A stretch of DNA of 64,000 bases from positions 22,726 to 86,725 of the forward strand of contig CAVROO010000023.1 in the NCBI GenBank assembly GCA_963722765.1. Direction: 5' to 3'. Under the pieces are notes generated by a model. It ran no database searches. It was not told the origin of the DNA and saw only the letters and a program-made list of their open reading frames with translations. The number at the start of each line of letters is the position of its first letter. The first letter of the stretch is position 1. The position numbers and the translations under genes are program-made. Below are positions 1 to 9,569 of the stretch, piece after piece. Source of the stretch: an uncultured Acidobacteriota bacterium. GTDB lineage: Bacteria > Acidobacteriota > Vicinamibacteria > Marinacidobacterales > DATDRI01.

Positions 1-1
1 G

Positions 2-1078
2 TCGGCCGCGCCGCCGACTCTCGCTCCGATACCCGACGCACAACTGCTCGCGGGCTCACCCCTTCACATCCCGCTTTTGGGCTCGGATCCGGATGGGCAA
101 CCGCTGACCTTTAGCGCCGAGAGCGCAAACAGTGTCGTGACGACTTTCATCCCCGAAGGCAACCGGAGTCTGCGAATCAACGTGGCGGGATACGGAGAGA
201 TGGTTTTCGAGCTTTTCGAAGGTCGCGTTCCACGGGTCACCCAGCAAATTATTGCGCTGGCAGAGAGCGGATTCTACAACGGTGTCATCTTTCACCGGAT
301 CATCAACGACTTTGTCATCCAGGGAGGCGACCCGACCGGGACCGGCTCCGGCGGTTCGAATCTCGCGAATTTCGACGACCAGTTCCACGTGGATCTACAG
401 CATAATCGGACCGGACTCCTATCCATGGCCAAGGCGGGAGACGACACCAACAACTCCCAGTTTTTCATTACGGAAGGCGAGACGAGACATCTCGATTTCA
501 ATCACTCCATCTTCGGCCTGCTCGTGCAAGGCGAAGAGGTTCGGGACCGGATCAGCAACGTCATCGTCGATTCGAGTGATCGCCCCCTCACACCGGTGAC
601 CATGGAAGCGGTCAGCGTGTTTGCCGACACCAAAAACGCGGTTCTCATGTTGAAGGCTCCCGAGGGAACCACCGGAACCAGCATGGTCACCGTCACCGCC
701 ACCAATGCGAGCGGCGATCAGACGCAGAAAACCTTCCGTGTCGATGTCCGCCCGGACGAAGTGAACAGCTCGCCGTTTTTAGCCGATATCCCGCAAATTC
801 GCACCAAGATGGACACTCCGATAACGGTCCAACTGGAAGCCAAGGATGTGGAAGGCGATCCTGCTTTCTATTTGGATGAACAGACCTTGGATTCCAACGG
901 AATTGCCGTACCGGTACGGGCTCCCGCTAACTTGATCTACCAGGTCGATTTCGAGACCGGAGTGCTCACGATAGCGCCACGGAACGGACTTCTAGGTGAG
1001 TGGTTCTTCACCGTTGCCACTGCCGCCACACCCGACGCGGTGGACTACCAGGTGGTCTCGCTCTTCGTCGAAGAATAG
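2..1078 (+). CDS. Cyclophilin-type peptidyl-prolyl isomerase domain protein with flanking Ig/cadherin-like domains (5' end outside window)
   Basis: The frame is open from nt 2, upstream of the listed Met at 77. Cyclophilin motifs FHRIINDFVIQGGDPTGTGSGGS and NNSQFFIT are present. A beta-rich C-terminal domain of about 130 aa follows. Stop at 1076-1078. Confidence 0.85.
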   Translation, partial: SAAPPTLAPIPDAQLLAGSPLHIPLLGSDPDGQPLTFSAESANSVVTTFIPEGNRSLRINVAGYGEMVFELFEGRVPRVTQQIIALAESGFYNGVIFHRIINDFVIQGGDPTGTGSGGSNLANFDDQFHVDLQHNRTGLLSMAKAGDDTNNSQFFITEGETRHLDFNHSIFGLLVQGEEVRDRISNVIVDSSDRPLTPVTMEAVSVFADTKNAVLMLKAPEGTTGTSMVTVTATNASGDQTQKTFRVDVRPDEVNSSPFLADIPQIRTKMDTPITVQLEAKDVEGDPAFYLDEQTLDSNGIAVPVRAPANLIYQVDFETGVLTIAPRNGLLGEWFFTVATAATPDAVDYQVVSLFVEE

Positions 1079-1149
1079 GCCATTCACTATTCGACGACGA
1101 TCTCCGGCACTCCTTCTTCCACGGTACCGATCATCGGCACACAACCCCT

Positions 1150-1934
1150 TAGGGGAAATCAAAAGAACGAATATCCAGCGGAAACAGAATTATCGACCGG
1201 GAGCAGTACCTTCCGGCTACCTCGTTTCCAGCGTGTCAGACCTTGCACGCTTCTTGGTCGCTGAAATCAAGGCTGGTTCCGGAAAAACATCACCACTCGA
1301 TTCCGAGGTTATAAAAGCGACCTGGAGTCCACCAGAAAATGTAAAGGAGGGATATGCCATGGGGTGGCAGGTGGTTGATGACCCCGTCCACGGCCGATTC
1401 CTTATACATGGTGGAGCCCTCGAGAACTATCGATCATTCTTTTGCATAAATCCAGATCTCAAACTCGGCTTCGCCCTTCTGATGAACCAGGGGGGACTTC
1501 TTCCAACGGTTCTCGGCTTTACTGCGGCTCGGGATGGACTTTTTAAAACCATTCATGGGAAAAAAACAGAAAGTGGACCAGGACGATGGCCGATATTCGT
1601 CGTTTCCGGAATATTTTTCTTCGTGATTGGAACGGGGATCTTGAAGACGATAGGACTCAGGAACTGGCCCACTCGGGCCGATTCACAGAAGCCGTGGAAA
1701 CGATGGCTTGGTCCGACCCTCGAGCTAGTAGGATCGAGCTTCCTTCTCTTTGGGTTCATTCCTCTCATGAATAGACTGATGGGTGACAAAGCCGACTGGG
1801 CCATGATTTACGGCCTTGTCCCGGAATTGTTCTATTTGTTGATTTTTTTGATTTTTCTCGGATTTTTCCGCTTTTTTTTGAAGGTCTGGATGCTCACGGG
1901 CGCCCGCCGAAATTTCGGGTCGCTGGCACGGTGA
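1150..1934 (+). pseudogene. Beta-lactamase-related serine hydrolase, 3' fragment with C-terminal TM helices (catalytic SxxK half missing)
   Basis: In ORF 996..1934 only the distal part looks like the family (PGAVPSGYLVSSVSDLARFLVA, GWQVVDDP, HGGALENYRSFF, LLMNQGG). There is no SxxK region and no plausible start. The first codons overlap the previous gene and are Arg/Ser junk. Confidence 0.5.
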
Positions 1935-2077
1935 AAGCTCAGGCGCCTCACCGCGCTGTTCTGCCAGCAGGTCCCGGACGAGAAATGCTCGGCGGCGCGG
2001 TGTTTGCCGTGAACAACCCGCTGATCCTTACGGGGAACACCGATCGAGCTATCGGCGGACCTAGATCTCATCCCTAA

Positions 2078-3220
2078 ACTTTTACGGCGCCGCTTCCGTT
2101 AAGATTCCAGGCGCTACAGAACGTTCATCCAGGATTCGAACGACCGGACCAAGTTCTCACCATGCGCGTCGCGATTCCCTACGCGGAGATCGAGGATGAT
2201 GAAGGTGTCGCTCGGGTTCACGAAACGATCATCCAACGTCTCGCCCAAATCGGCGGTGTCACCTCGGTCGGCGGATCGAACTCCGTTCCGATGGACGAAT
2301 GGGACAGCAACGACCCGATAATCGTTGAAGGCTTCCCCATGCCCAATGACACACTCCCACCCATCCGTCGGCTCAAATGGATTACAGGTGATTATTTTTC
2401 CACCATGGGTAATCCCGTGTTTGCGGGACGGCCGATCACTTGGACCGACGTCCGAAACCGGATCAAAGCAGTCGTCATCACTGAAAACCTCGCTCGGGAA
2501 TACTGGCAGGATCCATCCCAGGCCATCGGAAAGCGCATCCGCATACCACCGCCCCATTGTCCGTGGTATGAAATTGTCGGTGTTGTCGGCAACATACGTG
2601 ACGAGGGCATCAGCCGGGAACCCACCAAGACCGTGTACTGGCCCATGGTCGTTGAAAATTTCTGGGAGGAGGGCCTCTGGGCGCAACGGTCCCTGGTTTA
2701 CGTCATTCGCACTTCCCGGTCGAATTCTGAGAGTCTTTTGCCCGAGGCCCGCGAGGCCATCTGGTCCGTCAATGCCAATCTACCGCTCGCCAACGTGCGA
2801 ACCCTGCAGGAGATCCTCGACCGGTCCATGGCCCGCACGGCGTTCACGCTCGGTATCGCCGCTACGGTGGCCGTCCTCCTCGGGGCCATCGGTATCTACG
2901 GTGTGATCTCCTACGCCGTCTCGCAACGAACCCATGAGATCGGCGTACGTATGGCGCTCGGAGCCCGACACGCCGACGTGAGCCGGATGGTTCTACGGCA
3001 GGGTGGACTCGTTGCCGCGATCGGTATCGTTTTCGGCCTGGCAGCCGCCGCCGGGCTCACGAGGCTGATGTCATCCCTTCTCTACGGTGTGAACCCATCC
3101 GATCCCATCACTTATGCCCTGGTCGCCCTCGTTGTTTCCGCTGTAGCGCTCGTCGCGACCTACATCCCCGCACGACGGGCCACGACCGTCGACCCAATTG
3201 AAGCTCTGCGTTGGGAATGA
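2078..3220 (+). pseudogene. MacB/FtsX-type ABC transporter permease, 3' fragment (duplicated-permease ADOP-like family)
   Basis: The frame opens right after a TAA at 2075-2077 with RFQALQNVHPGFERPDQVLTMRVAIP, a periplasmic-domain signature. A C-terminal FtsX region with 3 TM helices follows. The preceding TM helix and the N-terminal half are absent. Confidence 0.65.
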
Positions 3221-3246
3221 GGCGCATGCTCATGTAATCTTGGGCC

Positions 3247-4998
3247 ATGAAACTGAGCAAACTTCTTCTGGGAATGTCCGCGACGGTTTGTATCCTCGCT
3301 GCCGCCCCAAAGAGGCAAGATGCGTCAGCACTGCCCACGGGTCCGCTCGCTTTCGGCGCCTTTGTCCTCGAGTTCAGTAGCGGCGGGGAGTTCCGCCTCG
3401 AAGGCCAAGGATGGCCGGCTTTCGTCGGCTCCTGGACGGTCTCCGGCCCCGAGCTCTCGCTGGTGTCCAACGAAGCGGAAAGCGACTGCTCCGGGCCGGG
3501 TCGATACACATTCGAAGTCGAAGAAGCCCGACTTCACCTGCGGCTGGTTGCCGACGATTGCTCCCCGCGACGCATGATTCTCGACGGCAGCAACTGGAGA
3601 CCGGCAGGGGAGCCCGAGCCGGCAATCGAACGCCGTATCGAGCTCACCACCGCCGAGACCCGCGGCCCGTTGCCCGATCCCAAGAGTGCCAAGGGTAGCT
3701 GGCCCTCGTTCCGTGGACCGTCCGCTTCCGGCGTGGCGGACAAGCAGAACCTCCCCGACGAATGGAACGGTGAAACCGGCAAGAACATTCTTTGGAAGAA
3801 GTCGATTCCCGGTCTGGCGCATTCGAGTCCCATCCTTTGGGGAAATCGCCTGTTCGTGACAAGCGCCGTCAGCAGTCGCGGAGACGCGAGCTTCCGTCCC
3901 GGTTTGTACGGCGACGGTGATGCTTCCGACGATCGCTCTCCACACAAATGGATGGTCTACGCTCTCGACAAAAACACCGGCGACATCCTTTGGGAACGGG
4001 TCGCCTACGAAGGCGAGCCCGTTGAAAAACGCCACGTGAAATCAACCTATGCCAGCTCGACGCCGGCCACCGACGGCCGCGTCGTCGTCGCGTGGTTCGG
4101 TTCCCAAGGTGTGTATGCTTACGACGTCGAAGGGGATTTCCTCTGGAGCGTAGACCTCGGACATCTCGATCTCGGTGCCTACGACATTCCGACCTTCGAA
4201 TGGGGGCCGGCGAGCTCGCCGATCCTCTGGAATGGAAGGGTACTCCTTCAGTGCGACACGCAGAAGGACTCGTTCCTCCTCGCCCTCGATGCAGAAACCG
4301 GAAAAACAATATGGAAGACCGACCGCGACGATTTTCCGTCCTGGGGAACACCGTCCGTTTATGAGGGGCCCACCGGCGCCGAACTAATCACCAATGCCTC
4401 CAACTTCATCCGGGGCTACAATCCACAAAGTGGTAAGGAGCTCTGGCGGCTCGGCGGCAGCTCGAAGATCACGGCACCCACACCGATCTTCACCGACGAG
4501 CTCATCGTTGTTGCCAGCGGCCGTCAACCCGAGCAACCGATCTTCGTTCTACGTCCGGGGGCCCGCGGTGACATCACCCTCGCGGACGGGCAAACCAAAA
4601 ATGATACGGTTGTTTGGAGTCTCCGGCGGCGAGGGCCCTACATGCCAACGCCGGTGATCTACAACGGCCTCCTTTACGTAGTTGCCAACAACGGCATCTT
4701 CGACGCCTACGATCTCGCGACGGGTGACGAAGTCTACCGCACTCGGATTCCGCATCTAGGCAGCGGTTTCAGCGCCTCCCCCGTCGCCGCCGACGGCAAG
4801 ATCTATCTATCGAACGAGGACGGCGACATGATCGTCGTGGGTGCCGGTCGTGAGTTCAACCCTATCGCAACCAACCCGATGGGTGAGCTGCTGATGGCAA
4901 CGCCCGCCTTGTCGGAGGGCGTGATGTACGTGCGCGCTACAAACCACCTCTTTGCCATTGGACGGCCGGAGGCTAATCGAGGTCGAGACCGTTTTTGA
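3247..4998 (+). CDS. PQQ-like beta-propeller repeat protein (BamB-like fold), secreted
   Basis: 583-aa ORF with signal peptide [20 protein letters not shown]. It carries repeated W/G-rich propeller blades ([20 protein letters not shown], ..[22 protein letters not shown], ..[10 protein letters not shown]). Confidence 0.75.
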   Translation: MKLSKLLLGMSATVCILAAAPKRQDASALPTGPLAFGAFVLEFSSGGEFRLEGQGWPAFVGSWTVSGPELSLVSNEAESDCSGPGRYTFEVEEARLHLRLVADDCSPRRMILDGSNWRPAGEPEPAIERRIELTTAETRGPLPDPKSAKGSWPSFRGPSASGVADKQNLPDEWNGETGKNILWKKSIPGLAHSSPILWGNRLFVTSAVSSRGDASFRPGLYGDGDASDDRSPHKWMVYALDKNTGDILWERVAYEGEPVEKRHVKSTYASSTPATDGRVVVAWFGSQGVYAYDVEGDFLWSVDLGHLDLGAYDIPTFEWGPASSPILWNGRVLLQCDTQKDSFLLALDAETGKTIWKTDRDDFPSWGTPSVYEGPTGAELITNASNFIRGYNPQSGKELWRLGGSSKITAPTPIFTDELIVVASGRQPEQPIFVLRPGARGDITLADGQTKNDTVVWSLRRRGPYMPTPVIYNGLLYVVANNGIFDAYDLATGDEVYRTRIPHLGSGFSASPVAADGKIYLSNEDGDMIVVGAGREFNPIATNPMGELLMATPALSEGVMYVRATNHLFAIGRPEANRGRDRF

Positions 4999-5164
4999 GC
5001 CGGTCCATCTGTTGGTCGTCGAGCGGCTGAGATTCCAAAACCTCCAGGCGAAAAAACGAATCTCGAGCTCCACAGCTCAATCGTCCGAGAAGGAACGGAA
5101 TGTCCACGTTCGTACCTCGGTCAAGAAAAACAGTAAAATGCTCGTCCGATCCTCAGGAGGTAAC

Positions 5165-6046
5165 ATGAAAAAAGCTCAACCTGGCATTCTAGCGCCGGTT
5201 CCTCGGCTGGCACGTTATCTGACTTTCTCCCTCCGACCCGGCGCCGAGCCCGGTCAAACCCTACGATCTTTGAGTGAAACCGTGGACGGAGATGAGACGG
5301 TGGTGGGAATCGGACCATCGATGGCCCTGGCCCTCGGCGCCGAGGTCGACGGACTCAGGACCTTTCCTCCATTAGTGGGATCCGGGCTGGAAGTGCCCTC
5401 AACACCGGCCGCTCTCTGGTGCTGGTTGCGAGGAGAAGACCGTGGCGAGCTCGTGCACAGAACGCGCACCATCCGGAATACTATTGCTCCGGACTTTCGA
5501 CTGGACGACGTGATCGACGCCTTTCAATATGGGCCCAGCCTCGACCTCACCGGCTACGAAGATGGAACGGAGAATCCGGAAGGAGAAAAAGCCGTCGATG
5601 CCGGGATCGTGAGCGATCGCGGGGAAGGATTAAACGGATCGAGCTTTGTCGCCGTACAACAGTGGGTGCACGATCTCGACCGGTTCCAATCGATGCCGCC
5701 CAACGAGCAGGACGAAACGATCGGACGCCGTAAGAGTGATAACGAGGAAATCGACGAAGCGCCCACTTCGGCGCATGTCAAGAGGACCGCTCAGGAAAGC
5801 TTCGACCCGGAAGCCTTTATACTCCGACGCTCCATGCCTTGGGCCGACGCGACCCGGGAAGGCCTCGTCTTTGTCGCCTTCGGGAAATCTTTCGACGCCT
5901 TCGAAGCTCTGCTCAAACGAATGGTGGGAGCCGAAGATGGTGTCCCGGACGCCCTATTTCGTTTTACGCGACCGATCACCGGGAGTTTCTTTTGGTGCCC
6001 TCCGGTCGAGGAGAGAGGATTGGATTTGAGCGCTCTCGGCCTTTAG
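5165..6046 (+). CDS. Dyp-type peroxidase
   Basis: ATG at 5165 is preceded by AGGAGG at 5153-5158. Motifs: TGYEDGTENPEG (GxxDG), SAHVKRT (proximal His region), ILRRSMPW (distal Arg), LVFVAFGKS. Confidence 0.85.
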   Translation: MKKAQPGILAPVPRLARYLTFSLRPGAEPGQTLRSLSETVDGDETVVGIGPSMALALGAEVDGLRTFPPLVGSGLEVPSTPAALWCWLRGEDRGELVHRTRTIRNTIAPDFRLDDVIDAFQYGPSLDLTGYEDGTENPEGEKAVDAGIVSDRGEGLNGSSFVAVQQWVHDLDRFQSMPPNEQDETIGRRKSDNEEIDEAPTSAHVKRTAQESFDPEAFILRRSMPWADATREGLVFVAFGKSFDAFEALLKRMVGAEDGVPDALFRFTRPITGSFFWCPPVEERGLDLSALGL

Positions 6047-6160
6047 ACGCACCGAAGCGGGTCGGGAGGCAATCTTACGAATGGTGTTTCGGAGACCGCA
6101 GCTCTGACATACCGTCCCTACGTAGACTGAAGCAATCGCATCAAACAACCAGCCGCCTCG

Positions 6161-6175
6161 TGGCACTCATCTTGC
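6161..6175 (+). promoter_or_regulatory. Sigma-54 (-24/-12) promoter candidate upstream of the esterase-TPR gene
   Basis: TGGCAC-tcatc-TTGC is an exact match to TGGCAC-N5-TTGC. It lies 28 nt before the ATG at 6203, with a GAGGAA Shine-Dalgarno in between. Confidence 0.5.
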
Positions 6176-6202
6176 TCGGCACTCTGACGAGGAATCGAAA
6201 CC

Positions 6203-7366
6203 ATGAAGCCCTTTTCTCCGTCCGTGCTCGTCACAGCCACTCTAGCGCTATCGGCATCCGTCTTCGCCCAACCCGAAGGTGAAAACATCGTCATCGGCAA
6301 ATCCGTCGAGATGCACTCGAAGATCTACGACAAGGACATAAGGTTGTCGGTTGTATTTCCTTCAGACTATGCCGATTCGGACGAGAAATATCCCGTTTTG
6401 TTCTCGGTTCAAACCTACTTTCTCCACATTGCCGGAAGCGTAGAGCACCTTTCCCGCGGGCCAACTCCCAAATTGATCTACGTTCATGTCGAGACCTACG
6501 ATTCGGGAGACCTCATTCCGACCCCGATCGAAAGCAGGCCCGGGAGCGGAGGAGCGGGCCGCTTTATTTCTTTCTTCAAAGACGAATTGATCCCATTCGT
6601 TGATTCCAACTATCGGACGCAGCCATTCAGAGTAGTTCTGTCCAGTTCCTGGGGAGGCGTGTTTTGTCTCTATGCGCTCCTGACACAACCAGAGGTCTTC
6701 AACGGATATATTGCAGCCACTCCGTGGCTCATCTACGACGGCGAAAAACAATTCATGCTCGTAAACACTGAGACCTTTTTGAAGCAACAGGACTTCGCAA
6801 GAAATTACCTCTTTATGGCCATAGGCAACGATCCCGATCCGGGACTTCACGAAAGTTTCGATGCTTTTGTCACGATGCTGGAGCAGAATCCGAAGCAGGG
6901 ATTGAAGCTTCATCATGTCTCTTGGCCCAACGAAGACCACTGGTCCATTTCGCACAAAGCCGTTTACGACGGTTTGAAGTGGATATTCAAGGACTGGAGG
7001 GAGATTCCAGAAAGCCGACTGAACGAAGGCGTTTCGTCTGTCAAAAAATACCGGGCTGAGCTCGAGGAATTCTACGGGTATGACATCGGCATCAACCCAT
7101 CCTCCCTTCGAATGTTCTGCAATCGCTTGAGACGCGAGAAGCGGTACGAAGAAGCCATCGAGATGTACAAGTTCCAAATAGAACTGAGTCCCGACTCCCC
7201 CTATTCTCATGAAGGGTTGGGATGGACCTACGAGACCATGGGTAATCTGGAGCTTGCTCTACGGAGTTTCCAAACCGCGCGCGATCGGGCAATGAAGCAG
7301 TCCGTATCTGATTTAACCAGATTCGACGACCATATCGAGAGAGTCCAGGAGAAAATCCAGAAATAG
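6203..7366 (+). CDS. Alpha/beta-hydrolase esterase (putative-esterase/IroE-like family) with C-terminal TPR region, secreted
   Basis: Signal peptide MKPFSPSVLVTATLALSASVFA. Nucleophile-elbow-like LSSSWGG. The C-terminus has TPR-like helices (YEEAIEMYKFQIELSPDSPYSHEGLGWTYETMGNLELALRSF). Confidence 0.7.
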   Translation: MKPFSPSVLVTATLALSASVFAQPEGENIVIGKSVEMHSKIYDKDIRLSVVFPSDYADSDEKYPVLFSVQTYFLHIAGSVEHLSRGPTPKLIYVHVETYDSGDLIPTPIESRPGSGGAGRFISFFKDELIPFVDSNYRTQPFRVVLSSSWGGVFCLYALLTQPEVFNGYIAATPWLIYDGEKQFMLVNTETFLKQQDFARNYLFMAIGNDPDPGLHESFDAFVTMLEQNPKQGLKLHHVSWPNEDHWSISHKAVYDGLKWIFKDWREIPESRLNEGVSSVKKYRAELEEFYGYDIGINPSSLRMFCNRLRREKRYEEAIEMYKFQIELSPDSPYSHEGLGWTYETMGNLELALRSFQTARDRAMKQSVSDLTRFDDHIERVQEKIQK

Positions 7367-7427
7367 TCGGCGGAAATCCCAGTCATTCTTTAGTAGCTTA
7401 TCAGCGAACTGAAAGGCAGTGTCAGTT

Positions 7428-8093
7428 TCAACCGGGAATCAGAGACAGGCAATTATGCAAGGCATGAAGGATGATGCTCGTCCACACCGATCCCGTCCAA
7501 ATGACCGCTGACGAGAAGATGACCGCCATGACGAAAGAGTGCGTCAGCTTGAACGGCTCGAACGTGTGGAACAATGCCGTTAGAACCCCCACCGCAACAA
7601 TTGCGATGACCCTGCCGTAGCGTTGCTTCAAAGAGTAGAGAAGCAGTCCTCGAAAGAAGAGCTCATCCGCAAATGGCGCAGCGACCGCAATTGTGAGGAG
7701 CATGAGCAAAAACTCAGGAACGTTGCTGTAGCTCACGATGGAGCCCGCCATATCGCTGTAGACCGGCGTCGGGGGAACGATTCGTGGCAGGACGGCATTG
7801 ACTCCGTAAATCAATACGATTCCTCCGAAGACGGCGATAGCGGTCTTCAGAAAAGGGGGTCTGTGAAACCCCAGAGTCTCCTTCCAAGGAAGGCGGTTGA
7901 GCCACACGAAAATCAGGACGGGGAGAAGGATGGAAATAATCTGGTTCGCCAAAACCATCCACTTCAGCCAATTTCCCTCCGGCGCGAGCGCTTGGCGAGT
8001 ACCGAGCATGAGCTGCTGCAGAAGGTACACGACCACGACGAGAGCAAGGAGTGCGAGGAGTGGAACGTTTCTTTTATCGGGAACTTTGTTCAC
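7428..8093 (-). CDS. CPBP-family intramembrane glutamic endopeptidase (CAAX protease-like)
   Basis: Polytopic membrane ORF with the family motifs DELFFRGLLL, ALFHTFEP and ILHALHN. GTG start. Confidence 0.8.
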   Translation of the reverse strand: MNKVPDKRNVPLLALLALVVVVYLLQQLMLGTRQALAPEGNWLKWMVLANQIISILLPVLIFVWLNRLPWKETLGFHRPPFLKTAIAVFGGIVLIYGVNAVLPRIVPPTPVYSDMAGSIVSYSNVPEFLLMLLTIAVAAPFADELFFRGLLLYSLKQRYGRVIAIVAVGVLTALFHTFEPFKLTHSFVMAVIFSSAVIWTGSVWTSIILHALHNCLSLIPG

Positions 8094-8137
8094 CTAGGTC
8101 TGTCTCCTTTAGAGGTAAATCCGGCAAGGCCTGATCA

Positions 8138-9406
8138 CTACCTGCTGGTTCCCGCTCCCAATAGAAAGGACATAGAGCGAAAGTTAATGGTGTACTCGTC
8201 GAACTGGGTCAGCAGATCTTGGCCGATGTTGCAGAATAAAATGTTGTTTTTATCCTCCGTGATGGCCTCGGCAAAGACATCGATTTCCTTCAGCGTCACC
8301 GTCGTTCCTCCTATGCTCAGTTCCACTTCAGGTAACCGATGTGCGGAAATCTCACGGATGCCCCCGACTCCCCCGACGGGGGTTTTGTAGAGGCTGCCAA
8401 GCGATTCGATGTGGTTCTTATAACGGCGAAAGAAGGGTTCGTAAAACATCGTCTTGCTCGCTCCGGTGTCGAACTGGCATACGAAGGAGTCATCCCCGTA
8501 CCTTACACGCACGAGCGGCCGGAGCTCTACCAAGGCCAAGTTTTTTTCAGGATGGTCCGGTGCGCGAGCGGGAATCTCAACCTCTCCGCCTCGAAACCGT
8601 ATCTCACCCATCGCCTCGATGAGAGGAAAGCCGATGAGCCCGGGAATACGAACGCCGTGCTCCGGGAAGGACAAGGCCTCGTCCGGAAACACCAGGAAGA
8701 CAACGTGACGGTACGCGATGTTGCCGATGAGAACCCGGTCCGCCACCGCCACGTCGGCCGAGACCTTGACGTCCGTCGAGGTTCCCACTTCGAGCCCCAC
8801 CTTTTTTATATGAAGCCCGAGCGCTTGGGCTTCCGAACGCATCAAGACTGAGAGGTTGGCTCCCGTATCGAAGGTAAAGCGGCGCGGAGAACCATCGATC
8901 TCGATGGGAAGGTGGCCCGCAGGCTCGAAGCTGAGTACCGTTTCGTCCCCAATCGTGGTCGTCTGAGGTGGAACATCGCCGAGTGCTTTCAGCAGCTTTG
9001 CTGCATTTCGAAGGTCCTCGACTTCGACGGGGTCCACCGAAACGGGCGGCGCGTCGAGGATTGCCGTCGCAATCTCGTAGGCCTCCGCGTACCGGTAGAG
9101 ACGCAGATAGTTGCCGAGTCGTATCTGTCCGAGAGTAAAAACGAGGGAATCGGACAATTCGGCGTCCGAAGGGATCGAATCGATCGTGGCGTTCGAGCGA
9201 ACCGGTTCGTTGAAGGCATTTTGAACCGCCGCCAAAAAGAAAAGGGCCTCGGGAGATTCACGAGACGGCAGCTCCTCGAGTCGCTCCCGCAAAGCGAAGT
9301 AGTCACGCGCCTCGAAGATCGGCAGCAACTCGGAAACCAGCGGGCTCGATCCCGAATCACAACCCAAGATCGCGAGAAGAATTAGAAGCGGGGTCAGGCG
9401 TGGCAT
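8138..9406 (-). CDS. Retropepsin-like aspartic protease lipoprotein (two aspartyl-protease lobes)
   Basis: Lipobox in MPRLTPLLILLAILGC. Two D-T/S-G active-site motifs (FTFDTGANLSVL and QFDTGASKTMF). Confidence 0.7.
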   Translation of the reverse strand: MPRLTPLLILLAILGCDSGSSPLVSELLPIFEARDYFALRERLEELPSRESPEALFFLAAVQNAFNEPVRSNATIDSIPSDAELSDSLVFTLGQIRLGNYLRLYRYAEAYEIATAILDAPPVSVDPVEVEDLRNAAKLLKALGDVPPQTTTIGDETVLSFEPAGHLPIEIDGSPRRFTFDTGANLSVLMRSEAQALGLHIKKVGLEVGTSTDVKVSADVAVADRVLIGNIAYRHVVFLVFPDEALSFPEHGVRIPGLIGFPLIEAMGEIRFRGGEVEIPARAPDHPEKNLALVELRPLVRVRYGDDSFVCQFDTGASKTMFYEPFFRRYKNHIESLGSLYKTPVGGVGGIREISAHRLPEVELSIGGTTVTLKEIDVFAEAITEDKNNILFCNIGQDLLTQFDEYTINFRSMSFLLGAGTSR

Positions 9407-9506
9407 TCTTGAATTCTGTTCGATCGGTCAGAATGCCGCAAGTTTCAGTCCATCAAGCGCTTGGCCTCATGCGCCCCCGGGGTCAGGCTTGCAATTCTTG
9501 AATTGT
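9390..9506. repeat. Repeat locus 1: two copies each of the 13-mer AGAATTCAAGAAT and the 10-mer GCCTGACCCC (minus-strand sense), spanning the protease start codon
   Basis: Reverse complements read at 9405-9417 (exact), 9494-9506 (12/13), 9390-9399 and 9479-9488. The 27-nt blocks around them match 24/27. The same words recur at 22780-22967. Confidence 0.6.
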
Positions 9507-9535
9507 CGGAATCGGATTGATTCGGCTGAAAGACA

Positions 9536-9552
9536 GGAGTCAAAAAGACTCC
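9536..9552 (-). terminator. Possible intrinsic terminator after the SBBP gene
   Basis: Minus-strand GGAGTC-ttttt-GACTCC hairpin 18 nt after the stop, followed by tgtctttc. The stem is short and the U-tract weak. Confidence 0.35.
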
Positions 9553-9569
9553 CTACAACCGCCGGCAGC

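Noticed and set aside
355-366. T-loop-like word ggttcgaatc, checked as a possible tRNA. I also scanned for rRNA, tmRNA, RNase P and SRP signature words.
   Set aside because: The word lies inside the cyclophilin coding frame (GSGGSNLANF) and has no flanking cloverleaf. I found no convincing structural RNA signatures anywhere in the window.
3325-4035. Long antisense or overlapping ORFs in the six-frame track. Examples: 3325..4035 -, 13848..14669 -, 21132..22028 -, 27968..28918 +, 30458..31147 -, 31755..32672 -, 35925..37139 -, 54829..55599 +, 58506..59366 -, 60795..61616 -.
   Set aside because: They lie fully inside motif-bearing genes on the other strand, have Arg/Pro/Gly/Ser-rich low-complexity translations, and are the expected shadow ORFs of GC-rich DNA.
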